From NCBI RefSeq assembly GCF_009914755.1, contig NC_060947.1: a stretch of 64,000 bases of DNA; one strand, 5' to 3'. A program made the position numbers and the translations under genes. Positions 25,886 to 40,445 of this stretch are shown one piece after another (the first letter of the stretch is position 1; every line of letters starts with the position of its first letter). The notes beneath the pieces were generated by a model. It was not told the DNA's origin and searched no databases. It worked only from the letters and a program-made list of their open reading frames with translations. The stretch is from the human T2T-CHM13v2.0 reference genome, Homo sapiens.

Positions 25886-26316
25886 CTTTTTGGTCTCCTG
25901 TCTCATTTTGAATGAATTTGATGTGTTTCCTTCATATTTTTGGCCTAAATATATACTTACTAAATGAGCCAAGATGATTCTTCCATATGGGTTTAAAGAC
26001 TGTTGTCAAAACAAATCTGAACTATATTAGCTTTTTGAAAAATTATATGCACATTTTCAGTGAAAATCAAGCAATATCCCTAAAAGAACTCAAGTAACTC
26101 TGATGTTATTCTAAGGTTATTGTACCTGACTTCTAGTAGCTTGAGACCTAGAAGTTGCCCCTAACAAGGTTTTAATATCTATTTTGTAGATGGGGAACTG
26201 AAAAAGACTAAATGACTTAATGTAAATTAGTAAAGACAATTTAATGGTAAGGTCAAGCTTATATTCCAAAGTCTATTTCTTTAAACTCTAATTAGAGCAA
26301 AAAGTAAAATGTTTGA

Positions 26317-26444
26317 GGCTGGGTGTGGTGGTTCACGCCTGTAATCCCAGCACTTTGGGAGGCCAAGATGAGTGGATTGCTTGAGCTTAAGAGCTCGAGA
26401 CCAGCCTGGGCAACATGGTAAGACCCCTGCATCTAAAAAAATAG
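26317..26444 (+). mobile_element. FLAM_C / Alu left monomer
   Basis: Monomer with perfect 16-bp TSD aaaaagtaaaatgttt (26299-26314 / 26445-26460). Confidence 0.88.
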
Positions 26445-26559
26445 AAAAAGTAAAATGTTTAAATAATAATACAATTTCTATTAGTATATTAGATCACTAC
26501 ACAATAAATTCTATGTCTTGGGGCTCATGAAATAATGAGCTAAATCATTGCAGCTTATA

Positions 26560-27620
26560 TTCAAATCTTCGAGTGTCCACTCCATGCCTAGCACTGGGCT
26601 AGCACTAGGAACACAATACAATACAAACAAAAATAAACAAGGCCCCTATTCTCATGGAACTTAAAAGTCTCATGGAGGAGAAACACATCCAAATAATTGC
26701 ACAAATAAGTGAGACAAATGTGTCAATGGAAACATGTGATTTATATTAGAGCTTTTTAACAAAGTGGGGGGCACTAGGAAAGTTTTTCCTGAGGAAGTAA
26801 ACTTGAGGTATAAAGGACATGCAGCAAAAGGTGTGTTTGAGAATTGAATAAGGACTGATATGGCTGGAGTGCAGAAAGTGAGATACAAGATGAGACAGGC
26901 AAATAGACAAGAGCTCTTACAGACTATGCCGTCTTATAGGCTATGGCAAAGACTTTAGAAGTTTGTATCTTTAAAGCACTGGGAAGCCACTGAAAGATTT
27001 GTGGCTAGTATATGCCATGATTCAATTCCTGTTTTAGAATGGTCACTGTCTGCTGGAAGGAGAACGGATTATAAGGAGATTGGCAGAGACTGCTATAATA
27101 GATGTACCCTAATACCTGTTCTCTTCTTCTATAGTAATAGATCTCCCAATATTTATCTGGGAACAAAGCTACCTAGAATAAAGAATACCTTGCTCTGCTT
27201 CCTTTGTAGCTAAGTAGGCCCTATGACCAAGTCCTGACCAATGGGAGTGAGCATATGTGATATGTACAATTTTGGAACCATTCCCTCAAAGGTTAAGAGG
27301 GAATGTTTTATTTCCGTCCACCCTCCACTTCCTGCTAGCTATAAAGTGAGCATAGTCATGAGACATTGTGGATCACGCAGAGAAGAGCAACACCCTAGGG
27401 ATGGCAGAGCAACCAGCTATTAGGAGCCAAGGTCCTGTCATTGTGGAGCTGCCATACCAGCTTTGCACACTGCTTACCACAGTTTTGGCTGTTACATGAG
27501 ACAAAAAATAAAATTCTGTTTTCTTTAAGTCACTATTATTTTGAGTATCTGAACAGAAGTTAAACCTGTATTCTACAAATGTAGGAGGCAAAGGTGAAAG
27601 CAAGGAGACCAGCTAGGTAA
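26560..27620. mobile_element. L2 fragments interrupted by an MLT1-type LTR (about 27090-27580)
   Basis: L2 motifs (gggaagccactgaaagattt; gcaaggagaccagctagg) flank MLT1-like sequence (aaataaaattctgttttctttaagtcact). Confidence 0.5.
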
Positions 27621-27805
27621 CAAATAATATTGAGAGAGGTAGATATATTCAATATAAATTTTAAAGGTAACATTAAAATGCAGATTTTGTTACAGTTAAA
27701 ATATAGATTTTTAAATGTAATAAGTACTTTCATTCAGGTACTTAATATTAAGTACAAGTAGTTGAAAAGGTCTAGTAATGTTAAATTTTGACAGCAATAT
27801 ATAGT

Positions 27806-27965
27806 AGTGGTTCTAAAACTTAGCTTCATATTGGTATCACCTAGAAAGCTTCATAATTACTGTGCCTGAGATGCACCTCTAATTGGGGTGTGGCCTGGGC
27901 ACTGGAGTAGCTAAAAGGTCCCCAGGTGATTTTAATGTGCAAATAACTTTGCAAATCATTGGTAT
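27806..27965. mobile_element. MER5A hAT-Charlie MITE
   Basis: agtggttctaaaactt...tcacctagaaagctt...ccaggtgattttaatgtgca. Confidence 0.65.
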
Positions 27966-28472
27966 ATAGTACTGTTTCAAGCATTTGTTAGTTTTATTAG
28001 AGCTCAAGTGTCACACAATGCTTTAAACTCACCTCCTATTTAGGCTCTGTAATTTCATGTACTATTAATGCAGCTTTATTATGAATTGTGCTGCTGGGAA
28101 GGAAAACATTAGAAATTGGTAATTTGTAAACAACTTTTTCACAGAGCTCTAGTGCGTTTCATTTGGAAAAGGCCTTATAGATAAATCCTAGTCTAACCTT
28201 GTTTATTGTGCAAATGAAGTAAAGGGCCCAGAGAGATTTTTATTTTCCCAAGGATGTGATACTAGTTATTGCAGAGTTGGCACTTGTGGAAAGTTTTGGG
28301 TTGTGAGATGCTCCATAAATGTTCAGAGTACCACTTAAAGTAAAAGTAAACATCAAACATTTATAGATTGGAAGTTGAGGCACAATGAGTTTAAAATGAA
28401 ATGGCAGCAACTTATTTGTCAAAACCAGAACTAGATCCAGTTACTATACATCATGTAGAAGTTGTATGATCT

Positions 28473-28652
28473 AAAGTTCTTAAACTTGAAAGTGCATAGA
28501 AATTACCTGGAGAGCTTATTTAAAAAGCAAGTTCCTAGGTTTCCCCTCAGATTTTGATTCAAGATGATGGAGGGTGGGACCCAAGAACCTTCATTTTAGT
28601 AAGCTTCCAAGGGATCCTAATGTAGGTGTTCCACAGACAAACTAAAAACACT
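28473..28652. mobile_element. MER5-family MITE
   Basis: ttcttaaacttg...tacctggagagcttatttaaaaagca...cagattttgattc. Confidence 0.55.
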
Positions 28653-28890
28653 GAATAAGCACTTAGACCATTCACCTTCCAGCAAATTATCTTGAGTTAA
28701 AAAAAAAGAAAGAAAATTGTATTGATGGGTATTTATTATTTTAGGACTAATTCTACTCAACTGCAAATTTTTAAAAACAATTTAAAATTGTATTTGCAAG
28801 TTATGACTCTCTGAAAACCATAAAAGGAAAATGTAAAAGCACTTATGTGCATTATATATGACGATGGTTACCATAACGTCATGTACTTCA

Positions 28891-31800
28891 GGCGGAAGCA
28901 GAGCAAGATGGTCAAAAAGAAGATTCCACCAATTGTACGCACAACAGTAACACAAAATTGAACAACTATCCACACAAAAACACCTTTATAGGAACAAAAA
29001 ATCAGGCGAGTGATCACAGTACCTGGTTTTAACATATTAAGGAAGGAGGCACTGAAGAGGGTAGAAAAGACAGTCTTGAATTGCCTACACCACCCATCCA
29101 CCAGCAGCAACCACGTAGTGTGGACAGAGAATCTGTGTGCATGGGGGAGGGAGAGTGCAGTGATTGTGGGACTTTGCATCGGAACTCAGTGCTGCCCTGT
29201 CACAGAAGAAAGCAACACAGGGCAGAATTCAGCCAGTGCTCACAGAGGGAGCATTTAGAACAGCCCTAGCCAGGGGGAATCCTCCATCCCAGTGGTAGGA
29301 ACCTGAGTTCCAGCAAGCCCCACCACCACAGGCTGAAGTTCTCTGGGGTCCTAAATAAATGAAAGGCAGTCTACACCACAAGGACTGCAATTCCTGGGCA
29401 AGCAACAGTGCTGTGCAGGGCTCACAGGCAGTGAGACACTGGCTAAGGCAGCCAAGGGAGTGCTTGCATCACCCCTCCCCCAACCTTAGGCAGTGCAGCT
29501 TACAGCTCCAGGAGAGACTCCTTCCTTCTGCTTAAGGAGAGGAGAGGGGAGACTAAAGAGGACTTTGTCTTGCAACTTGGATACTAGTTCAGTCAAAGTA
29601 GGATAAGGCACTGGGCAGAGTGCTGAGGCTTCCATTCCAGGTCTCAGCTACCAGATGACATTTCTAGACACACCCTGGGCCAGACGATAACCTGCTGCCT
29701 AGAAGGGAAAGACACTGTGCTAGCAGGATTTATCACCTGCTGACTAAAGAGGTCTTGGGTCCTGAATAATCAGCAGTGGTAGCCAGGCAGTACTCACTGT
29801 GGGCCATGGGTGAGACTCAGAGACATGCTGGCTTCAGGTGTGACCCAGCACATTCCCAGCTGTGGTGGCTACAGGGAGAGACTCTTTCTGCTTGAGGAAA
29901 GGAGAGGGAAGAGTAAAGGGACTTTGTCTTGCAGCTTGGGCACCAGCTCAGCCACATTGGGGTAGAGCACCAAGCAGGCTTCTAGAGTTCCTGATACCAG
30001 GCCTTTGCTCCTGGATGGTATTTCTGGACCTTCCCTGGGTCAGAGGGGAGCCAGTGCCCTTAAGGGAGAGACCCAGACCTGGAAGCATTCACCACAGGCT
30101 GACAGAAGAACCCTTGGCAGTTAAACATCAGCGGTAGCCAGGCAGTACTTGCCACAGCCTGGGGTGGTGATGGCCACAGGAAAAAATTCCTCCACTTGAG
30201 AGAAGTGGAGGAAAGGGTAGAAAAGATTTGGTCTTGCAACTTGGGTACCACATCAGCTTCAGTAGAATAGAGTACTGGGTAGATTCCTAAGGTCCCAATC
30301 CCAGCCCTTGGCTCCTGGATAGCATCTCTGGACCCTCCCAGGATTGGGTGAGGAACTTGCCACCCTGAAGGGAAGGACATAAGCCTGGTTGCATTTGCCA
30401 CTTGTTAATTGTAAAGCCGTAGGGCCTTGAGTAAACATAGGTGGCCGCCAGGAATGGTCACCATGGGTCTTGGGCAAAACCCAGTGCTGTTTGCTTCAGA
30501 TCTGACCCAGCACATTTCCAATGGTGGTGGGAACAGGGGTACTTGTATCAACCCTCACTCAGCTCTAGGAGGTTCAGCACAGAGAGAGAGATTCTGTTTG
30601 TTTGGGAGAAAGTAAGGGAAGACAACAAGAGTCTCTGCCTGGTAATCCAGGGAATTCTTTTAGATCTTACCCAAGACCACCAAGGCGGTAACTCTGTGTG
30701 TCTACAAGAGACACAGAATTACTGGGTTTGGAGTGCCCCGTAATGAAGATATGGCTGCAGGGACCAAAGACTTACACCACAATACCTAAGTCCCTTTAAA
30801 GACTTGGCAAGCTTCCTTAAGCAGGATGCGTACAAACAAGCCCAGACAGTAAAGACTGCAATAAGTACCTATCCCTTCAATTTCCAAAGTCCACAAGCAT
30901 CAACGCCATCCAAGCAAACATTACCTCACCAAATGAACTAAACAAGGCACCAGTGACCAATCCTGAAGAGACAGATATATGTGATATTTCAGGCAAAGAA
31001 GTCAAATGAGCTGTTTTGAGGAAGCTCAAAGAAATTCAAAGTAACATGGAGAAGGATTTCAGAATCCTATCAGATAAATTTAACAAAGAGATTGAAATAA
31101 TTTTAAAAGAAGCTGAAATTCTGGAGCTAAGAAATGCAAATGACATACTGAAGGATGCATCAGAGTCTCTCAACAACAACAAAAAGATCAAGCAGAAGAA
31201 AGAATTAGTGAGCTTGAAGACAGCCTATATGAAAATACAAAGAGAAGATAAAAGAAAAAAAGAATAAAAAAGAGTGAAACACACCTACAAGATCTAGAAA
31301 ATAGCATCAGAAGGGCAAATCTAAGAGTTATAGGTCTTAAAAAGGAAGTAGAGAGATCAGGGTGGAAAGTTTATTCAAAGGAATAATAATAGAGAACTTC
31401 CCAAACCTAGAGAAAGATAGGAATATTCAAGTACAAGAAAATTATAGAACACCAACCAGATTTAACCCAAAGAAGACTACCTCAACGCATTAAGTAATAA
31501 ATTTCCAAAGGTCAAGGATAAAGAAAGGATCCTACAAGCAGTAAGAGAAAATAAACAACTAACATACCAAGGAGCTCCAATATGCCTGGCAGCAAACTTT
31601 TCAGTGGAAACCTTACAAGCCAGGAGAGAGTAGCATGACATATTTAAAGTACTGAAGGAAAGAAACTTTCATCCTAGAATAGACTATCCAGATAAAATAT
31701 TCTTAAAACATGAAGGAGAAATAAAGACTTTCCCAAACAAACGGAAGCTGAGGGACTTCATTGACACCAGACCTGTCCTGTGAAAAATGCTACAGGGAGT

Positions 31801-34800
31801 TCTTCAATCCAAAAGAAAAGGATGTTAATGAGTCATAAGAAATCATCTGAAGAGACAAAACTCACTGGTAATAGTAAGTACACAGAAAAACACAAAATAT
31901 TATAACACTGTATTTGTGGTATCTAAACTACATATATCTTGAGTAGAAAGACTAAGAGATGAACCTACCAAAAATAAAAACTACAACAACTTTTCAAGAA
32001 ATAGATAGTATAATAAAATATAAATAGAAAAAACAAAAAGTTAAAACATGGGAGGATGAAGTTAAAGTATAGAGTTTTATCAGTTTTCTCTTTGCTTGTT
32101 TGTTTGTTTATTTATGCAATCAGTGTTAAGTAGTTATCAGTTTAAAATAATTAGTTATAAAATATCATTTGCAAGCCTCGTGGCAACCTCAAATTAAAAA
32201 ACCTACAACAAGTACACAAAAAATAAAAATCAAGAAGTCATAACACCAGAGAAAATCACCTTTACTAAAGGGAACACAGCAATGAAGGAAAGAAGGAAGA
32301 GAAGACCACAAAACAACCAGAAAACAAATAACTAAGTGTCAAGAGTAAGCCCTTAATTATCAATAATAAGATTGAATATAAATGAACTGAACTTTCCAAT
32401 CAAGAGATAGACAATGGCTGAATGGATGAAACAAAAAACAAGACCCGATTATCTGCTATCTATGAAAAACACACTTTACCTCTAAAGACACATGTAGACT
32501 GAAAATAAAGGGATAGAAAAATATATTCCCTGCCAAAGGAAACCCAAAAAAGAGCAGGAGTAGCTATCCTTACATTAGACAAAATATATTTCAAGACAAA
32601 AATTGTAAGAAGAGACAGAGATCATTACATAATGATAAAGGGGTCAATTCAGAAAGAGGATATAACAATTGTAAATGTATATGCACCCAACACTAGAGTA
32701 TCTAGATATATAAAATAAATATTATTAGAGCTAAAGACAGAAAGACCTCAAAAAATAATAGCTAGAGGCTTCAACACCCTACATTCAGCATTAGACAGAT
32801 CTTCCAGGCAGAAAATCAACAAAGAAACATTGAACTTAATCTGCACTATAGACCAAATGGACCTAATAGATACTTACAGGACATTTCATCCAATGGCTGC
32901 AGAATACACATTCTTCTCCTCACCACGTGGATCGTTCTCAATGATAGACCATATATTAGTCCACAAAACAAGTTTTTAAAATTCAAAAAATAATGAAATT
33001 ATATCAAATATATTTTCTGCCCACAATAGAATAAAACTAGATATCAGTAACAAGAGGAATTTTTGAAACTATACAATCATATAGAAATTAAATAATATGC
33101 TCCTGAATGACCCATGGGTCAATGAAGAAACTGAGAACAAAACGAAAAATGTATTGAAACAAATGATAATAGAAATACAACATATCAAAATGTATCATAT
33201 ACAGCAAAAGCAGTGCTAAGAGGAAAGTTTATAGCAGTAAGCACCTACATTTTAAAAGTAGGAAAACTTCAAATAAACAACCTAACAATACATCTTAAAG
33301 AACTAGAAAAGCAAGAGCAAACAAAATCTGAAATTGGTACAGAAAAGTAATAAAGATCAGAGCAGAAATAAATGAAAATGAAATTTACAGAAATACGAAA
33401 CATCAATGAAACAAAAACTCGTTTTTTTCAAAAGATAAATAAAATTGACAAATCTTTAGCTAAACTAGCTAAGAAAAAAAGAGGGAAGATACAAATAAAT
33501 AAAATCAGAGGTGAAAATAGGAAACATTTCAACTGATACTACAGAAATTTGAAGGATCATTTAAGGCTGCTATGAGCAATTATATGCCAATAAATTGGAA
33601 AACTTAGAAGAAATGGCTAAATTCCTAGACTTATACGACCTTCCAACATTGAACAATGAAGAAATCCAAAACCTTAACAGGCCAATAACAAGTAACGAGA
33701 CCTAAGCCATAATAAAAATTTTCCCAGTAAAGGAAAACAGGAGACCAAATGGTTTCACTGCTGAGTTCTACCAAATATTTAAGAAGAACTAATACCAATT
33801 CTACTCAAACTATTCCATAAAACAGAGAAAGAGGGAATACTTCCAAACTCCTATGAGGTCAGTATTAACTTGATACCAAAACCAGGGAAAGATAAATCAA
33901 CAAAAAGAAAACTACAGGTCAATATCCCTGATATATATTGATGCAAAAATCCTCAACAAAATACTAGCAAACCAAATTTAACAACACATTAAAAAGTTCA
34001 CTCATCATGACTAAGAGGGATTTATCCCAAGGATGCAAGGATGGCTCAACACACAAAAGTCAATCAATGTGATACATCATATCAACAGAATAAAGGACAA
34101 AAACCACATGATCATTTCAATTGATGCTGAAAAACATTATGATAAAGTTCACATCGCTTCATGATAAAAACCCTCAGAGAACTGCATATAGAAAGAACAT
34201 ACCTCAACACAATAAAAGCTATATATAACAGACCCATTGCAAGTATCATGTTGAATGGGGAAAAACTGAAAGTATTTCCTCTAAGATCTGGAACATGACA
34301 AGGATGCCCACTTTCACCATTATTCAACATTGTACTGAGAATCCTACCTAAAACAATCAGACAAGAGAAAGAAATAAAGGGCATTTAAATTGGCAAGGAA
34401 AAAGTCAAATTATCCTTCTTTGCTGATGATATGATCTTGTAGTAGGAAAATCTAAAGATTCCACCGAAAACTACTAGAACAGATAAATAAATTCAGTAAC
34501 GTTGCAGGATACAAAATCAACATAAAAAAGTTAGTAGCATTTCTATATGCTGATAGCAAACAATCTGAAAAGGAGACCAAAAAATTTATTCCACTTAGCA
34601 AAGCTAAAAACAAAATAAAATACAGAGGAGTAAACTTAATCAAAGAAATAAAATACCTCTAAAATGAAAACTATAAAACATTGACTCAAGAAATTGAAGA
34701 GGCCAAAAAAAAAGAAAAGATAGTCCATGTTTATGGATTGGAAGAACCAATATTGTTAAAATGTCCACAATACCCAAAGCGATCTATGGGATTCAACACA

Positions 34801-36500
34801 ATCCCTACTAAAATACCAATGACATTCTTCACAAAGAGAAAATGAAAATTCCTAATATTTATATAAAACCCCACAAGATTCAGAATAGCCAAAGTGATCA
34901 TGAACAAAAAGAACAAAACTGGCGGAATCACATTACCTGACTTCAAATTGTACTACACAGCTATAGTATCCAGAACAGCATGGCACTGGTATGAAAACAG
35001 ACACAGAGACCAAAGGAACAGAATAGACAAACCAGAAATAAATCCATACATCTAAAGTGAACTCATTTTCAACAAATATGCCAAGAACCTACATTGGGGA
35101 ATGGACAGTCTCTTCAATAAATGGTGATGGGAAAACTGGATATCCATACGCAGAGGAATAAAACTAGACCCTATCTCTCACCATATACAAAAATCAAATC
35201 AAAATCAATTAAAGACTTAAATCTAAGACTTCAAACTCTGAAACTACTGCAAGAAAACATTGGGGAAACTCTCCAGGTCATTGGACAGGGCAAAGATTTC
35301 TTCAGTAATACTCTACAAGCACAGGCAATCAAATAAAAAATGGACAAATGAGTTCACATCAAGTTAAAAAGCTTCTGCACAGCAAAGGAAGCAATCAACA
35401 AAGTGAAGAGACAATTCACAAAATGGGAGAAAATATTTGCAAACTATTCATCTATAAACTAGGGATTAATAACCAAAATATATAAGGAACACAAGCAACT
35501 TACAGGACAAAATCTAATAATCCAATCAAAATGGGCAAAAGATCTGATAAAAGATTTCTCAAAAGAAGACATACAAATGGCAAGCAGATTCACGAAAATG
35601 TGCTCAACATCACTGATCATCAGAGAAATACAAAACAAAGCTACAATGAGATATCATCTTACCCCAGTTAAAATGGCTTTTATCCAAAAGACAGGCAATA
35701 ATTAATACTGATGAGGATGTGGAGAAAAGAGAACTTTCATATAATGTTGGTAGAAATGTAAACTGATACAACTACTATAGAGAACAGTTTGGAGGTTACT
35801 CAAAAAACTAAACTAGAACTGCCATAAGATCCAGCAATCCCACTGTTAGGTCTACATACAAAAGAAAGGAACTCAACATATCGAAGATATATCTATACCC
35901 CTATGTTTATTGCAGCACTATTCACAATAACCATGATTTGGAATCAACTTAAGCGTCCATCAACAGACGAATGAATAAAGAAAATGTGGTATATGTACAT
36001 AATAGAGCACTATTTGGCCATAAAAAAGAATAAGATTCTGTCATTTGCAACAACATAGGTAGAACTGGAGATCATCATGTTAAGTGAAATAAGCCAGGCA
36101 CAGAAAGACAAACTTTGCATGTTCTCACTTATTTGTGGAAGATAAAAATTAAAACAATTGAATTCATGGATATAGAAAGATAAAGGTTGGTTACAAGGCC
36201 TGCAAGAGTAGTGCAGAGGGAAGAAGCAGGGATGGTTGTTGGGTACAAAAATATAGTTAGATAGAATGAATAAGATCTAGTATTTGATAGCACAACAGAG
36301 GAACAATTTGTTGTACATTTACAAATAACCAGAAGAGTATAATTGGATTGTTTATAACACAAAGTGAAGATAAATGCTTGAGGTGATGGATATCCCATTT
36401 GCCCTGATGTGATTTTTACACATTGCATGCCTGTATTCAAATATCTCATGTTCCCCATGAATACACCTACCCACACACAAAAATTTTTTTTTCAAGTTTA
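28891..36500 (+). mobile_element. Near full-length L1MA (approx. L1MA2/3), about 7.6 kb, ORF1 and ORF2 disrupted
   Basis: 5'UTR start ggcggaagcagagcaagatgg; ORF1 remnants about 30900-31830; ORF2 EN/RT remnants about 32335-36100; L1MA 3'UTR; TSD gtcatgtacttca (28878-28890) / gttatgtacttca (36502-36514). Confidence 0.93.
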
Positions 36501-36604
36501 AGTTATGTACTTCAACCTCCAGTGCAATGTAACATAATAGCTTAGGAATGTTCTCTTATTACACCAACACTGGCACAAGATGTTATGGGAAAGTTGTCAT
36601 TGTT

Positions 36605-36763
36605 TAAAATTTATTTTATTTGTATTTTTTTAAAATATATATATAGAGAGACGGGGTTTTGTCTTGTTGCCCAGGCTGGTCTCGAACTCCTGAGCTCAAG
36701 CAATCCGCCAGCCTCAGCCTCCCAAAGTGCTGGGATTACAGGCATGAGCCACTGCACCCATCC
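36605..36763 (-). mobile_element. FLAM_C / Alu monomer
   Basis: Antisense monomer flanked by aagttgtc direct repeats. Confidence 0.82.
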
Positions 36764-37325
36764 AAGTTGTCCTTTTTTCAGAACTTAATGATTTAACTTG
36801 TGCAAAAATATGTCAAGATTTGAAACTAGTATGTTCAGATTATTTAACAGGGAGCCAGTGGTAAAGGCCTGGGTGTGTCTTCCTACCTTTCTCCTTGTTT
36901 GTGCATACAATTACACTTCTTTGTAAAGATGCAAAGAAGGCTTGGTTTTATTACCAAAAGAAAGTCATAGTATGCATATTATTCTTTAATTTGCTTTGCT
37001 TTCCATGGGTATAAGATCTTTAATAACATGTAATAAAATACCTTTGGGGCATTTGCTACAAATATTTCCCCAATGTATCACTGCCTATTTAAAATAGTTC
37101 AATATTGTTGAGTGAGCAAATGTTCCACTTTAATTTTTTCCACTGATATGACAGTCTTTTCCCTTTCACAAGGTTTAATAAATACCCAGGTCTGTGTCTG
37201 CTGGTTTTAAAAAATTCTTAATTTTTCAAAAAACATTATTACTTAATCCAACTGTAATTTATTTGGGTGTTTTGTGAGGAGGAAATGAGGAGCAAACTGA
37301 TTATTTTCCTTCTTTAACTGACTAG

Positions 37326-37671
<346 letters not shown>

Positions 37672-37674
37672 TTT

Positions 37675-38002
37675 TTGTATTTTTTATTGATAGATTATAG
37701 TTGTGCATATTTATGGGGTACATGTGACATTTTGACACATGCAATGTATATCGATAAAATCAGGGTAATTGGGATATCCATCACCTCAAACATTTATCTT
37801 TTCTTTGTGTTGGGATCATTACAATTCTTCTCTTCTAACTGTTTTTGAAATATACCATACACTGTTGCTAACTATATTCACCCTTCTGTACTATCGAATA
37901 CTAGAACTTCTTCCTTCTAGCTAACTGTATTCTTGTACCCATTAACCAACTTCTCTTCATCCCTCCCTCCTCCTTCCCTTCCCAGCCTCTGGTAACTACC
38001 CT
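37675..38002 (-). mobile_element. L1MA 3' end fragment
   Basis: catatttatggggtacatgtga...cccttcccagcctctggtaac. Confidence 0.82.
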
Positions 38003-39799
38003 GGAGACATGGGAGGAGAAATGAGGCAGGAGAGCTTTTCCTTAGTGTATTTTTATCCTGAATTGTTTCCTGAATACGTAAAATGTGTTAAGATTTTTTA
38101 AATGTTCAAAACTTCAACCTATTAAATCCACTGAAAAAAACTGTTAGGATATAATCTTAAACACAGAAAAAGTTATTATAACAAAATGATAATAGCAAAA
38201 ATATTATTTAAAATTTTGACCAAACAAAAATGGAATGACTAAGTAAACCGAGGTATTTCCATTAATGGAATATCATTTATCCAACAAAGCATTGTCTACA
38301 AAGATTATAAGATAAAATATATAATGACTGAGATATTAAATGAAAAACTAATTTAAAAATATATAAATATGATCATGTAACTAAGAAAAAATCCCTACAC
38401 AAAATAATGAAAAGAAATCTTAAGATAAACAAAGAAATATTATTTTTTAAAATTTGACTTCTAATGGATTTAGGTAACTTCTCATTAATCTGCTTTTAAA
38501 GTTTTTCATGAGAAGATTTTTTAAGGAGTAATTTAATTGGCAGAAAAGGATAGATCAAATTTCTGGGATTTTACTAATTATTTAAATGTTGAATGTTGAT
38601 GTTGAATTTATCACAAAAGACTGTCCATCAGCAATCTCTAAGCTAATGGTTTTGACAACATTTATAATAACAATAATAACATTTCTGTTTTTAGTCTGAT
38701 AATTTTCTCTGGTGAATACAGGCTTTATTGTGATCCTAAAAACACATCAAAATGATAGGGCTAGTAGCAAAATAATGAACTATTTGTGTTTACTCTTAAA
38801 TTGACCATAAGCTAATACACAAGACCTTTAATCTTTTCAGTTCAATTATATGAATTATTAGGCTGTTACTAGGTGTATGATGCTAGTAGTACCAGGTACT
38901 ATGGGAGGGTACGCTAATGAGTAATTGGCAGCTATGATATGATAGCAAGGTTCATATTTGTATTATACATCTGCTGGGATTTATTCAGCAGGTTCTGCTG
39001 CTGATTCCCTGAACTCCTTCCCTCTGCTGAGTGGTGTGAACTGTTAATTCTCACCTGCAGGGTCCACTCCAACACTGATATTTCAGATGTTTAAAAGCGG
39101 ACAAGAAGTAGGGAGAAGAAACAGCTTCATTGACCACCTCCATCAACAACGTCTCCTATTTTTTTATTTTCGGTTGTCCTGTCCCCTTGACTCTAGTAAA
39201 CCTTCCTGATTCCAGATTACCTGACTTGGACCTTGGACTACCATTGTCCCTACCTTCCTTTTGACCTGGTAGCTTTTTGCTTCCCTGGAAGCCTGATGCC
39301 TGTTTGTCTAGTTTGCTGACTCTTGGCCCAGTCAGACTCCTGATATCTCTGTTTGTCTTGTTCGTTCATCTATTCCTTCATCAGCCCTTGGCACACATTG
39401 CAATCTCCCCATCCCAGCAATTTTCACAGACCAGTTGACCCCGTAGCGTATGTGTCCTAATGCTCTTAGTGTCCAGTGTGCTCCTGAATAAAAACAGAGC
39501 TTGAACTAAAGGAAGCAATGAAACAAATAAAGTTGTCTATACATCTGGGAGAACTAAAAATTTAAAAATGTAAATGTTAAAAATTAAACCTTCAACAACC
39601 TTTTTTAGAGTATAACACATGGGGCACAAAAATTAATGGAATGCAGCAACTTGCAGGTATCAATCAATCAACAAATATTTGAGTGCCTGCCATGGGCAAG
39701 GCACTATACTTGAAAGGAAAGGAATTCTAGCTACTGAAATATGTTTGTTTTCCAACGAATAAACAAGGTAACAGAGGATATCCCTTGGGGAGCCTGCTA

Positions 39800-39804
<5 letters not shown>

Positions 39805-39868
<64 letters not shown>
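39805..39868. repeat. Compound microsatellite (AC)19(AG)13
   Basis: Counted directly. Confidence 0.95.
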
Positions 39869-39869
<1 letters not shown>

Positions 39870-40035
39870 AATTAGAAGAGAAAAAAGCAATAAAATTCAT
39901 TCTACTAATGCCATAGCAATTAAACTCATGGATCTTAACTTACTCCAGGCTGAACTGGTTGATAGCATATTTCAGCAGGGCTTGGCAAACCAGTTTAGTG
40001 TTTTAGATATTCTGAGAGAGGTAACTTTCAGCCTT

Positions 40036-40052
40036 GTCACGTGGGATTCCCC
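40036..40052 (+). promoter_or_regulatory. Overlapping E-box (GTCACGTG) and NF-kB consensus site (GGGATTCCCC) upstream of the RNF128 distal exon
   Basis: Exact motif matches about 400 bp before the ATG; function is inferred. Confidence 0.45.
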
Positions 40053-40445
40053 AGAGTCCAGTTCCTCTTTCCAATCCACTCCATGTTTATGAAAGTGCAT
40101 TAGTTGGAACAGTAAGAAGAAAAAAAAATGTACTGCAGGAAGTCATCCAATCCTAATAAGTTGACATGTAGAATAAAGTTGATGGTGTTATTTATTACTA
40201 AGGTAGTCCTGGTTAAGGGTTACCTGTGTGTACAGCTGGAGGAGGGGCAAGCAAAGGGGAATGTAGATAACTAAAGTGAAATAGAGCTGATGTATCCAGA
40301 GGTTATGTTGCTAGAGGTGAGATCAGTTACCTACGTGCAACTGAAATTTCAAACTTCTGTTCAGCAGGGACGTGAGTGGACAATGGTGACTGATAGTTGG
40401 AAATATCAGCAAACATCTTAAATTTTATACTCAAATGAATGAGCA

